The notes beneath the pieces were generated by a model that searched no databases, was not told the DNA's origin, and saw only the letters and a list, made by a program, of their open reading frames with translations. Position numbers and translations under genes: made by a program. DNA of 64,000 nt from Balanoglossus misakiensis (lineage: Eukaryota > Animalia > Hemichordata), in NCBI GenBank assembly GCA_040954595.2, contig CM082588.2, positions 732,613-796,612 of the forward strand, in the 5' to 3' direction. Positions 41,201-54,717 of this stretch are shown one piece after another. The first letter of the stretch is position 1; the number at the start of each line of letters is the position of its first letter.

Positions 41201-44200
41201 ATTATCACAACTTTCTTGGACAAATATTTTTTACTCCACACACATATATACTTTTTACAGAGGAACTTTTGAACTTCCTATATTCTGCACGAATATGAAA
41301 TATGGGATAGCCAACAGAGAACACAGTTATGAATAGAAAGAGGGCACTGTACCTTGCCTTCTCCATTCTCAGCAGAGTAGACACCGTACTGCAAACCACC
41401 AAAGTCACTACCATTGATAGCCACAACAGTCAGGGAAATATTCCCCGTTACCAAGGTGATAGAGCCGTTACCATTGACTTGGATTCCCTTTGAAACTTGT
41501 TCTACGGCCTTGATTAGTCTGGATAAGAAGTGATTTATGATAATTCATCACTTAATCTGCAGATCATATGAATGCTATTACCAAATGTTTGGTATTGAAC
41601 AAGCTGAACTTGGTGTTAGATGTTTTCGGACAAGACATCACGCGTTCAAAGTATATATATGGTCTCGTCCTTCGGTCACTCACCTTGAGGAGGTGCCATG
41701 TTGCTTGTTACTTTCAGCCAAGACGTCGTTCCCAGCATTCATCAAATTATCTACTATCTGCAGTATATTCTGTGCAACTTCCAAATCTGTTCCGTTGACT
41801 TGACTGTCCAGGATGTTGTCTACAATATCCACCGATGCCGCCACGTCGCCTGCGTCGAAACTTTCAGCTTGGCTTGTGATGGCGCTCATACGTTGCGATA
41901 CCACTCTTGCTTGCTCTTCAAAAAAGGAAAAGTAGTTTTGTTTGTGTTACACAGTAACAATCTAAATGCACTAGAGTATTAAACATTTCATGTGTGATAA
42001 TTATGACGTTATCTTTTACCTGGCAGAATCGTCATATTCACTATTTGGTTGAAGCGGTCTTCGTTTGTTGCTTGTGATTCCGGTAGACATCCACTTGTGT
42101 CCGGGTCATTCCACTTTGATTCAGATGGCGACAGTAGCAGACTAGAAAAAGGGGGTTATTTGAGAGTTTTTCTTTAAAACGTCAGCCCATATATGAAATA
42201 CTAAAACTTTGAAAATGACAAATATAAAGGTGTTGATTCAGATCTATCGTTACATACCACTGTCGCTCAACCATAAATTCATCGTCTCCATCTTGTCGAC
42301 CATGGGGACAGGGACGAAGTATTGTGACATTATCGTCAGCTTCTGTTATTGGCCAATCGATAATTCCTTTGTTGTCTGCGGTGAGTTCAGCATAACAATA
42401 GGGTTTGAACGCTTTCTTGGTCGATGCCACTGGTACAGCTGTCGTTCGCGTTGATCCCATTGTCACCATAGTGGTCCTTGTCGTAGAGGGTGCACCTGTA
42501 GATGTTTCACAATCTTAAATGCAATCCCCATCTGACAGAAATCAGTTCAGTAATGACAGAATTTGATGGGTCTAAAACGGGGCCAGATTCGACAACAATT
42601 TTGACGATTCTACAGTATGAAACACCTACCTGGTGTCGTTGGTAACCTTGGTGACAGTTCCCGAGGCAGGAACATATTACACATGTCACCTTGACAACAC
42701 TGGGTTGCACATGTGCCACTCCGACCACTTGGACATTCCCCCAGTTCGGTTTGGCCTTCATCCGGGCACTCTGACGAACTCGCGCAAAGCTGCTGCAGTT
42801 GGGAATGTCCTTCCGAAACCCTTTCGAAAGTTTTGCATCGATCCTGAAAGAAAGTTACCAAACGATAAAGTTAGTCACAGTCGACAAATCAGTTCTGTCC
42901 TCGATGACAACAAACGTTGATGTTAACCCTTTGAAACACTGGTGTGTTTTTCTGCTATTGTCGTCATTGCATGTTTACACAAGCATTTGGCATTGTCAGC
43001 GCCATAAACGGAACATGGTCAATTAGATCATGCAACTTAAATTGCTTGTCCATAAAAGTAATACAATGCGTGACATACTTGATGCGACAGACATGATATT
43101 GGATGTTGATTGCGACAGTCATTATTACTTGAAAACTCGCACGTGTAGCACCTCATCCCTGTCACTTCTGTAGAAAATGAAACAATGAAAATAATGTCAC
43201 ATCAAAATTAATACGTTGTGTCAGAAATGCTGACATGAACTTGTATCATTCGAATAACTCCCATGAATCAACGGCTGTTAGGGGTATGAATGGGACAAGG
43301 ACAATCGTCCTAGATCTGTAACTAGGAAGTAGCATTCCCTGGTCTTGCAGCTGTAAGTTTTACCCCAAAACTGTCCACTTACCTTCACACATAAAATCAT
43401 CAACTGTCAGACTGGACAATTCTCTGCCTGCAAGTGACTGTGGCGATTGGCAGACAGCACCAGACACATGGAGATTTTCAAACAACTGATATTTGTTCGT
43501 AGCTGTGTAATGGAGCCATCTTAGTTGGCAGTTACACTCCAATGGATTGCCTTGCAGTTTCCTACAATGGAGAATGATGGAGCTGTTATAGGATCCCGAG
43601 TTTCATTCATTCATTCATTCATTCATTCATTCATTCATTCATTCATTCATTCATTCATTCATTCATTCATTCATTCATTCATTCATTCATTCGAGCAGAC
43701 TATCAACTACAGTGTACATGGTAACTAAGTTTCCCTATCTGTCCTTCTGTGAACCCAAGGAACAAACACACATTAGTTAAATACTTACAATTCCCTGAGA
43801 GATGTCATGTCGACAAGGTCTTCAACAAATATTCGTCGAATATCATTGCCTTCCAAGTTTCTGAAACAAAATTGAGCAACCATAGCGGTGTCATAGGCGT
43901 GGCACTGAAGGAAAGTGGATAAAATATCTCAGTGAGCAGTCAATGTCTGTGTCCGTGTACGATTCAAATACATGCATTCGTCTGTCTGCTGCATCGACAG
44001 AACATTACTGTATTATTTGCGGGTGTGAGATCGATCAAATTCTACTTACAGAACTCTGGTGGAAGGTGGCAAGTCTCGCGGGAATTCGCTTATGTTTTGG
44101 TTGGAGAAGTTGACGTAACAATTGTGGGTAGCGCCATTAACGCAATTTGTGTTAACTGCAGTGCAAGTGTCAGCCACAATGCACAGAATTACAAGTAGCG

Positions 44201-44234
44201 GAATTTTCCCACGTCGGAATTCCCGCAGCTGCAT
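38237..44234 (-). CDS. Adhesion GPCR, ADGRG (GPR126/GPR64/GPR112)-like 7TM; signal peptide-LRR-LRRCT-Ly6/uPAR-S/T stalk-HRM-GAIN/GPS-7TM (array gene 1)
   Basis: About 19 exons: 44050-44234 (signal peptide/LRRNT), 43789-43860 (72-nt phase-2 LRR exon LNLEGNDIRRI), 43383-43561 (LRRCT GNPLECNCQLRWL), 43079-43167 plus 42630-42843 (MRCYTC...CCQGDMCN), 42258-42495 plus 42020-42141 (HRM), GAIN exons to 40208-40320 (WSSSGC..CHCDHL|THFALLL), TM1 39964-40091, then TM exons ending in FSYLFAIFNSLQGLFIFIFHC..VQKQWRR, and C-tail exons with the stop at 38237-38239. Confidence 0.88.
43602..43692. repeat. (TTCA)n microsatellite
   Basis: About 22 perfect TTCA units in an intron of array gene 1. Confidence 0.97.
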
Positions 44235-45973
44235 GGTTCTCGTCCTATGAGAATATTTGAAAAGGAGAAAGAATTATTGGTCTCATGTAGTTTCAAAATC
44301 CTATAATCACTTTCAACAGAGAAAGAATTGTAAAGTACGAGACTGCTGCTGTATGAGGTTACAGATTATAGAATGTTGATGTCAGAAGTGTGGTAACAAT
44401 GATAGCACTGTTAAGTCTTGTATGAAACGAAAGGTCGAATTTAGTTCGCGAAGGAATTAACTAAACGCAGTTGTAAGCCAAGAAGTTATGTTGGATGTTA
44501 AACGACTGAGATTCAAAAAAAATGTTTTACAAACATATTAGAAAAGACAGGGACGGCATTGAAAAGTATACTGTAATTTGTCAGAATCAGTCAAGGATTT
44601 CTGATGCACAAATTCACACGAATATACAATTGGACTTCTAATAATAACTTGTGACTGTATTTTAGAGGCCCACGTGGTATTGTTCGAAATGGGTGTTTAC
44701 TAAATTATTGTAGTTCGTGTATGGTTACGCCCGTCTACACAATACAGCGACTGCAATGATCCGCGATAACTGCCTGACCTAGCACAGCCTAGCATTGTCT
44801 TCAGAAAAGCTCCTCTTTCACTAAAAACACTTTTATGTCGAGTGTTCGTTTTTCTCTTGGGGTCAGTTTATCCCTTACTTTCGAGGTTTCCGTGTAAAAC
44901 ATACTAAAACCTTGTGCTAAAACACGATGTCGTCACGGTGTAGAGTCGACTGTATCACAAACAACGCAAATCTTGAATACATATCATCGTTATTCACCCT
45001 CATGACCATTGTAGGATGCCAGAAAGCTTGACTCAAGCCGTGAAGCTCAAGTTCAAGTGAGCTGTAGTCCAAGAATGTGACAGGCATCTTTCCGAGGTCA
45101 AAATTAACAAAAGCGATACACTATCGCAAAGAAAAAGACTTGCCAGTGCTCACCTTAAACGCGGTCAAATCCTGTTGTCATTCAAGCTAACGTTAAGCGA
45201 CTTGCCGTCAGTTTCTGTCGCTGACTGTTTCATAGACCACGAATCTCAGCGAAGAGTCACACAATAGATCATAATTCTCAGTGCAAGGCTCTGTACTTTT
45301 ATGGAAGTAATCGCGACACGAGGTCAAATTGATGTTGGAGCTACATGTAGACATGTCAATGAGGTGTTTTGTTGGTCTACCTTTGTGTGTGTTATAAAGG
45401 TCTGAAAGGTGAACTGGATTGGCTCGTTCTATTGAATAAAATACCAGTTTATAGGGGGCGCTCATGGTGAAAGTGGTAATGTTGATGTTTTGAAATCTCA
45501 AAATCACTGCGAAGTGATGATTCAGTTTGCAGTATTCTGGTTTATTTTCACGTTCCGTTTACAAAAGTTGACCATGTTTAAAACAAAGCTTGTCGGATAC
45601 GTGCAGGAGGAGATTTTAGTTAGACACGAAGAACATCTCCTGATGAAGTTCCAAGCTGCAAGTTTGTATTTCGAACCAAACATGATGGTCACTATTTGCA
45701 TCAGACAAAATATCAAATATATAAAAAGGTATGTATTAAAATTAGACATAAATCCGATAAATATATTTATTCTTATAATGAGAAAGCCGTCTATGCTCCT
45801 TTTGATATCTTCATAATATCGTGCACCGTAAACTATGCCTTCTGTTGCTTTACGTATCCACAGGCACGCATAAGACGGCTCTATGTTGTCTGTATTAGTG
45901 TAAGTAAATGATAGTTAGTGTACATTCTCTTTTGGTGGAGTCTTCACCGTAGAGCAACCATGCACTGAGTTCT

Positions 45974-48900
45974 TTATGTCAGTTTGGAATCTTCATGGGT
46001 CGCTGTAGATAGGAAATCAGACACATCGTTACCTTTCAACATATAGTTGGAACTGTCAACTTAGGATCTTGGTAACAACTATTAAATGAATATGAATGTT
46101 AACAGCTAAGAGCCTGCTAAATCTTTAGAATACATATTTGGATTAAAATAAACATTTTGATGACTTACCAGAGTTGATACTGGTGTTTGTTGTGTCGTCG
46201 GCGTGATATTTGAGGGCACTTGAAGAACTGACGTTTGAAGAGCGAGTACCATCTGTGAAAAAGTAAAAATAAAGTGTATCTTTAGATGGTTCAGAAGAAT
46301 CATTGAATTGAAGATCTGTTTAGCATTTCAAATGCATTGCTTACCTGTTGTTGTATACGGTGTTTCCTTGCCTCTACAGAACGTCTTCTTCCAACCATTT
46401 TGGATATCTTTCTTCCAAGCACAATGGAAAACAAAGATGAACAATCCCTGAAGAGTGTTGAATATAGCAAACAGATAATTAAAGGCAAGGCTGGCGTCAC
46501 CAACAGCGAAAAAGGCGAACACCCACGTCAGGCCGAGTAATACCATTAACCCAATGGCCGCCCTCAACTGTGCCTGAATGTTGAACCTTTCGTTTGAAGT
46601 CATCTTCTTGGAGTTGAGTCTGCATATTTGATGGATGACGAGACAGTAGACGATAGTGTTGAAGACGAGAACCAGGCACAATGGAACCAGGAAAGCACCG
46701 TAGAATGGGTATCTCGTCAACCAACAACTGAGAATAAAATATGCCAAAAACAGATTATCTCACCTCATAATAAAAAAAATTAATCAACCAGTAGTGGTAA
46801 AGCAACAATATCGCCAATAAATTATAACCAAAATCACATTGACAACAAACGAAAAGTAATTGCTTACATAACTGTGCCACCAATTACAAGTGCTTGTTCA
46901 TGGTATCCATAGTTACCGACATCCACTGCAAGAGTAATTATCACGATGATGAGTGGTACACCTACAGGTATAATAATAAAAAACAGTCAGTGCTAAGAAA
47001 TTATCAAACTCTAGCAGTCATAAACAAGTAATATACATGTATACTGCTGTTGTTGTAAGTTGACGGATAAATGAATTTTGTGTCAACAAATAATTCTTTT
47101 TGTGTGACGGGGTTCGAGATATGACGATTTTATAAGTAATTCCTTACCCCAGCCAATCAAAGAAAACTTCACCATGAAATGCCTCATATACGTGTCAAAC
47201 ACCTTGACCAATAGCAGATACAATAGGACGGCTTCCAGAGCCATCCACACCAAAACGGCCAATAGGAAGAAGTGTAGCATGACAGCTATGGCTGTACACA
47301 GCTCTGGTATGCTTTCCGCGAAGTGATTGGCTAACGAACTAATCAGGAACATCAGCAATGCCATGAAGAGCGCGACACACAGACTGATGAGTATTTTGGT
47401 TGCCTTGTCTTTCTTCTTTCTAAAAATAAGAAAACATGCGTAACTTTTATGTATTTTAACAGCTTGTGTCAAATATGTTAAAAGCTGCTGCGACCAAGGC
47501 TCTTCACGATTGGCCATTCGCCAACCCTGGCTTTTTGTTCTTGTGTCCACCCACCCCCTCGTGAAAATACACCTTCCGCTATCTTGAAAACTCCCTTAAA
47601 GGAGGAAAACCACATTAACATTATTGAAGACAAGTTCCTCAGAATACTTACTTGTAAGCCAATACACTGGCAAGTGTCACAGCCAATGCAAGTAAAGATA
47701 AACCAAGGCCAATATACGATATTATAGATAATGCTTTCTTATGATCCTTATCGATACCATCATTGTCGCCATAGACGTCCTAATATGGAACACAGACAAA
47801 ATTGGGAACTTTAGTATACAGTATAGGACTATAAAATATGATCGATTGGACCATTTTGACGACTGAATGAGTGACGTTGCGATTCAGGTACGTCTTACTC
47901 ACCACAAGAAGTGCAAAGTTTGTCAAATGGTTGCATTCACACACTGTGGTGTCATTATCACCATCATCGGTCGATGAAACCATACAGCCTTCGTGAGACC
48001 AGGCACCGTCGCCATCTACAGGAAGTAAAGTAGAGCATATGTCGTTATTGAAACATCCTTGCGTTGGCTACATAAACTTTACGTTCCGCAGGTTATGCAA
48101 ATGTGTCTCACCTTTTAAATCGAAGTCCCAGAATCCACAGCTGATGTTAAGCCTGCTTGTATTTGTATGCTGAAATTGGTCAAATTTACATATTTTACTT
48201 TCAATGGTAAATTAACACGCAATCGAAGCAAAGCAGTGATGAGAAGCCCAAACAGCCTTAGAAGACATTTTGCAGTCACGTATATTATAAACGACAGAAA
48301 ATGTATATTTACCGTAGTTTGATGCGGCAATCTGATCTTGACCTTCTCTGTCAAATTAGTGATTCTTAATTTCCCGATGCTTGCAGCGACAACTGGAGTG
48401 AAACCAGCCCTTGTTGAGTTGTCAACAGCCTGGAAACGATTGTGTATATATTGTCAGTCATTTGGTTGGGTCTTTGATGATGGTAGTTGTAAGCAAAAAT
48501 TCAAATAGTCTATCGATTCAGTCGTTAGGTCCATCAACTGAAAATTTTCACAAGTCCAATAACACAAGCCACATTAAAAGGTAGATTACACCATGACAAG
48601 ACAGTATATTTATTCAGAATGTTCTTGGGTGACTTGGTGCCTACCTTGAAGAACATGTTCGAGTTGTGTCCCACAAACTGTGCCCTTCTGACCTCTGACC
48701 TTTCCGATTCATCCAATCCATCAAGTAATGACTTTGGAAGTTCAATTGAAGTTCCATTGTTTTCCATCGGTTCGTCTGAATCTGTTTTCCTCGACAGTTT
48801 GCTCTGGGTTGAAAAATCGAATAGAGAAGTTTAAAAATAGTTGATTGGTCACGATCTAATGATAAATCCGTGCTTTGTATTTTCCTTCCGCTTATACATG

Positions 48901-50458
48901 TCAAAACATGATAGGCAAATGTAGTTATTCATTTCATTAAAAATACTATATTGTTCCTTGTCTTACCTTTCCTAGTGACAACTGAAAGTTGAATCCATTA
49001 AACGAATCGGAGTCAATTTCTGCCACTATCATGGCAATGTTGGGCGTTTCTATGGTTACAGTTTGGTTGTCAGAGACAGCGGAGTCATTGCCAAGACTTA
49101 CAAGCAAAGAGAGTCTTTCTACAGCTTCGATGAGTCTGAAAGTAAAAAGTCACTTTTGAGCAAGGCATTTCGAATAGTGGCAATTTTTATGAGAGAACAT
49201 CCTCACCAAAAAAAGCTTGACTTGAATTAACTGGCTAGCAACCCGTTGCTACGGTAACTACCCAAGTCTCGCGAGATCTTGCAATGAGCAAAAAATCGTC
49301 TATTACTGTGATACAAATCATTGGGTTCACCTTGTGGCGGCCTTTTCATTTTTCTGACTGGCGACCAACACTCCAGGGTTGACTCTTAGCAGATTGTCCA
49401 CACTTTGTAGAACATCCTCCGCCACGTCGATTTCTGTGCCGTTCTCTCCGCTTTCCAAAAGATTTCCGACAACGTCGACGGAAAGCGTCAAGTCGGTTTC
49501 CTCGAAGCTTTCAGCTTCGGAGGTGAGGTTGGCAAGCTGCTGGGAAATTTTCTTGGCTTGCCCTGTCAGAACATAAATGCATATGAGAAAAACAAACTTC
49601 GGTTGCTGCATCAGCTGCAATAGTCACGGGATCAGTGGCTAGTATTTCCATTGTTATTTAACTTACCCGGTGGAATAGTAGTAATATTTGCCAAGTGGTT
49701 AAGACGACGTCCTCGACCGATTTCTCTCTCTGAGGTACAGTTTGACGTGTCAGCGTCCAACCACTCTCCTGTTGACGAACTTTAAAGTGAAATAAACAAT
49801 AACGCTATAAAACTCTTCGTAATGAAAGTTACAATTAATATTAGACAGGTGATAAAACTGAGTCATCAACACCGAGACACAAACTTGCTTTCCTATTATA
49901 TTAAATAAAAGTGAAACAATTCGACATAATAGACCGTCGTTGTGTGAAAACAGCAACCGTTGGAAAGATTTCCTTACCACTCTCTCCGTGCTTTTGCATT
50001 ATTTCCCTGAGAAAAAGGACATTTCCTCTCGACTATTCCACCCGCTTCCTTATTGGGCCAATTAATTATGCCCTTGTCGTCGGAGGTAACATCTGCTGAA
50101 CATCTTAGCGGTTTCTGGGGTGATCCCATATCTTCCGAATTTGAGCAGTTATTCAATTCGAGTACATGTGCTGCATTAGCTACAAATATAGTCAAAATTA
50201 CAAATCATTCAGATACAAATATTATTCTACTGGTATTGAAGAAACTGTAATCCGCTGTATGCGGCGAACGGCAAATCACAGTCTTGCCAATGATCCACTT
50301 GCATTCTCAACTAGACTGGGTATGTAAATTTGAAATATACGTCACATGCTCCCAAACTTACCGTTACAGTTAGGCCTATTGTTGTCTCCACGACCAGGGT
50401 TTGTTATTGCTACAGGTATGGTAATGAACAGAATCAGGAATCGTAGAAACACTGCCAT
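45974..50458 (-). CDS. Adhesion GPCR, ADGRG-like; signal peptide-HRM-GAIN/GPS-7TM with no distal adhesion domain (array gene 2)
   Basis: Signal-peptide exon 50362-50458 (MAVFLRFLILFITIPVAIT..) is followed by HRM exons ~49978-50180 and ~49667-49779, GAIN exons, GPS exon 47903-48016 (WSHEGC..CECNHL|TNFALLV), TM1 exon 47652-47779 and TM exons (LHFFLLAVLVWMALEA; LLGLTWVFAFF..FNYLFAIFNTLQGLFIFVFHC). The tail ends ATHEDSKLT* at 45974-45976. Confidence 0.88.
49238..49297. repeat. ~60-bp dispersed element with TCTCGCGAGA palindrome and X-box (copy A)
   Basis: Its reverse complement matches 52961-53016 closely. It contains GTTGCTACGGTAAC (49245-49258) and TCTCGCGAGA (49267-49276). Confidence 0.7.
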
Positions 50459-51541
50459 TTCAACTGAAATGAGAAGAGTAGGAGTCCGTTTAATTCCGGA
50501 GCCAGTAGCCCACGCTCCTGCAGCGCTGCCAGGTATATTATATATCACGTGAGAAACCTTGCTTAGCACGTGATGCATCACCCAGCACCGACAACACTCA
50601 ATTTTACGCACCGTATGCTCTTCTAGTGTATGTCAATATTTTGGTTGTGTACCACGATTTAGAACTCTAAGTAAAACCCACCACACCCAAGGACTACATT
50701 GTTCCCTCTATTTATAAATAGTGTATCAAGTACTCAGACATTCCTGATTGGCTGGACACTAAACAGTAATTGTCACATGTTTTTCATGTAGGGTCATAAA
50801 AGTTAAGACTGTAAAGTATCGTACTTGGTTTATATGGGCACGAGTCTGTGTGGGTATTAGTGTCAGAAGCAGGCGGAAATAAAACATTTTCAAATGTAGC
50901 TCGTTCATTATGTGTCCCTTCAACTTCCTCATTATTGTGATCAACTATACATTCAGGTCAGACAACCACAGCAAATGTCATCTGTGGCATTGACTTTCCG
51001 TCGAAGTCAAATGATTCACGTTCTCCCGAAGTTGGCGATTTCACCTCGTAGCAATAAAGCCAGTGGAATATAAAAGAAATGTAAAAAATTCAACCGAAGT
51101 CCAAGGTCGTTCACGTATCACTCACCTGCCGTTCTAGTCACCACTTTCGACGACAAAACCGACGATACTTCCGTCTTCTTCTCAACGCCTTGCCAATTCT
51201 ATAAGACAGTCTTGTCAGATCTTACAATTTACGAAGATTTGCCGGTGGTGTGATCCTGCGTACGCGCAACTCTATGGCGAACTCCACTAAACTAGCGGAA
51301 GACAAACCAATGTTGACAAGCCCTGATCATAAACCTGCGAAATGTTTTTATGACTCTGGGTTCGCGCTGATTTACATGTCAATAGTTCCATTATTGTGTA
51401 GCCTGGTCGTGACAAGTCAACAACACGGGTCAGCTAGCAGCATTTTTGTACAGCCAAGTTCCTATTTCCACGGAGTGCGATAAAACTGTCTATACATGTA
51501 AATTTTAATACGTTTCGCCTGAAAGTTTCATTTTTTTCCAC

Positions 51542-51940
51542 GAACCAGAACTTCATTGAAGTTAGTTTCTGGCGTACAATTAAAAATTTCACCAAAAATG
51601 CTTCGAGATAAAATGTTACTTACAGTAGAGGATGTGCGCAATTGGGCCGCAAGCCAGGAGAAAAGGCACCCTCGATTTTCGTCAAGTCACTTTCCGCGAC
51701 CGATAATTGTTGTCACTACTTTCAGCCATGATGTTTGCACGCCAAAGATTGAGTCTCGAATGATGGAAACGTGGTCCCTCACTAGTGCATTGATCATGTG
51801 ACAAATGAACTGGCTGACAACTATCCAATCGAAATGGGTCATTCAGCAGGTGCTTTTATGAAGCTTGTCATTGGTTGCTGCGATTGAAGTTGATTAGCAT
51901 ACCAAGATCACAGATGTTGCCGTAATGCTATCGTTCAGAT
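51542..51940. repeat. Triplicated segment, copy 2 (internally deleted; downstream of array gene 3)
   Basis: TACTTACAGTAGAGGATGTGCGCA, GTCACTACTTTCAGCCATGATG, CTATCCAATCGAAATG and TTAGCATACCAAGATCACAGATGTTGCC are shared with the other copies. About 110 nt of the interior is missing. Confidence 0.85.
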
Positions 51941-52600
51941 CTTCAAGATCTAACAGTTAAACTGCATTATCCCAGACATAAAAATGATATACATGGATTT
52001 TAATTACACTCCCATACGCCATAAACCTGAATGGCAGAAAGTTAAGTCAGTTTAATAACTCATCATGTATCTCTTAACCGTTTTTATTTATTGTCACAAG
52101 AATGTGAAATCACATGTAAAATAATCACTCTCACACAAATCCTATTAGTACTGCATCGCTATTTAACATAAGATAAATGTAACACATTTAGAGAAAATAC
52201 CAGTTTGCCAGAAATAGGCATTCGTCATTAAAACAACTCATTGGTGTGAAGGGAGGTCTAAAATATTAAATGTGAAAGGATACATTAATTAACGCAATGT
52301 TGTAATAAGCGCCCTGCCTTTACACAAAGTGGTGATTAATATTGGCTCACACAAACATCACAAACTGCAACAAACCATTGGTCGACCACGTTCCTCAAAT
52401 GTAAGGATATGGAAGACCATAAACTAATATTATCTAAGCAATACAACTTGGAATACGTTGTCATCTTCATAGATATTATACATTTAGAATATTTAAGATC
52501 ATTTACACTTCAGTGATACAAACTAAGAACTACAGCAAAGTATGTAAATCATTTCAAAGAAAACAAAAGTATGTAAATCATTTGTGGGACGGAGACACCA

Positions 52601-54646
52601 CTATCCAGACATCAAAGCCAAGACCAGCAAGGCTATTCCGTACACCAGATACACAGGCATGCAGAACACTTTCTGAGTGGCTGAATTCATCCGGCCAATA
52701 TCCTAATACACAATATGAAAATAATTTGTGAGTAATCAATAAATGGTTGATTGCATATTTAGCACCGATAATTCAATGGTAATTTTCAAATGAGAATTCA
52801 CAGATATTGAAAATATTACTTACATCGATAAGAGCGAAGTTGGTCAGGTGATCGCATTCGCACACAGTAGCGTTACTGTCACGTGGTCTTTGGGGTGAAG
52901 GGACGCAACCTTGGGTTGACCAACCACCATCGCCATCTGCATTGATAGGATGACGATTAGGATTTTCTGTCCATTGCGAGATCTCGCGAGACTTGGTTGA
53001 TTACAGTAGCAATGGGGGGGGGGGGGGGCAGGCGAGTATTGCAAGTGTCAGGCTTTGTATCAGTGAAACATGGAAGTATTACTACTATACAACACTGCTT
53101 ATATAAATGCACTAAAACACCACTTACCTTTCAATTCGAAATCCCAGAAGACACAGCCGACTTGGTCTGGACGCATATCATCATCCTGTCAAAGAGATTC
53201 GAGATTTTTAGAACTAGAGAACATCAATGTAACCACCGTACAGAACTGGTTTCGATAAGGAGAATCTTAACAAACCAGTTACATGTAGTATAGATGCATA
53301 CCTGTTTGAGGTGCTCCAATGTGATCTTGACTTTATCCTTCAAGTTGGTGATTCTGATCTCCCCAATACTTGCAGAGATGACCATACTGAATCCAGGAGA
53401 TGTCGAACCATCAATTGCCTGACAAAAGTAAAAGAAACGACCCATTTTACGGCAACAGCGATTGCATTGTCAGAAGAGGCCAAAACGGAGCTGGCCAATC
53501 AGAACGTGCATCTCATAAAATAGGGGAGATATGCCACTGCGTTTCCATAGCTACACATCACCTACCTCGAAGAAACTGCTCGAATTGTGCACCGTAAACT
53601 GTGCACTTCTGACCCGAGAACGTTCTTCTGGGTCTAATCCATCCAGCAATGATCTCGGTAACGCGATGGAGGTCCCACCCTCCTCATCTATCTGCTCGTC
53701 TGACTCGGAATCCGTGGAAAGTTTGCTCTTGGACCAAAATAGAATGAGAAATCAATCGATCAAACAAATAATCTCATCGACAATCTTTCGAGAAACTAAA
53801 TGATACGCCATCATAATCATCACTTTCGGTAAGAAATTTATACAGAATTTTCTTGAAGATATTTTACTTCTCTTACCTCTCCAGAAGAGATCTTAAAATT
53901 GAGTCCAGAAAACGTATCGGGGTCTACCCCAATCACTGCCATAATGATACTCGGAGTTTCTATGGTTACTGAGTTGTTGACGCCACCAGTTCCTTCATCA
54001 TCCAATGCAATGGTGGATGAAAGTTTATCAATGGCTTTGATGAGTCTAAGCGAATAAAAAACAACAAGGGTTGAGGGGCCATTGCCAAAACACAACACAG
54101 AAAACCCCAAGAAATGACAATATTCACCTAGATACCGCGTTTCCGTTCTTCTGACTCGATCTTAGAACGCGACGACCAACTCTCGCTAATTTATTCATGC
54201 TCTTCAGAACGTCTCTAGCAACTTCCACCTCTGTACCATTCTCGCCGCTGTCAACAATGTTATCAACAACATCAACAGAAAGCATCATGTCGTCTTCCTC
54301 AAAGTTCTCCGCCTCTGAAGTGAGGTCGTCCAGTTGTTTCGAAATCTTCCTTGCTTGTCCTACAACACAACAAAAATATAATACTAAGTCTGTGGATGAT
54401 ATGCCTAGAAAAACCACAAGAAATATATCTACATCATCAGAAGTTCCCTTTAGGTAAATATGAGAAAAGGTATGGTTTGTTTAGCACCTACCTCGAGGAA
54501 TGGTCGTATTGGCTAAATGGTTAAGACGTTCCCCTCGAGTGACTTGATTCTGAGGGGTACATTCTGAAGTGTCAGCCTCTCCCCATTCTGGTCTACCATC
54601 AGCTGTCATCATGCTGAGGGTAGAAGAAAAACATCATTTTTTATTT

Positions 54647-54717
<71 letters not shown>

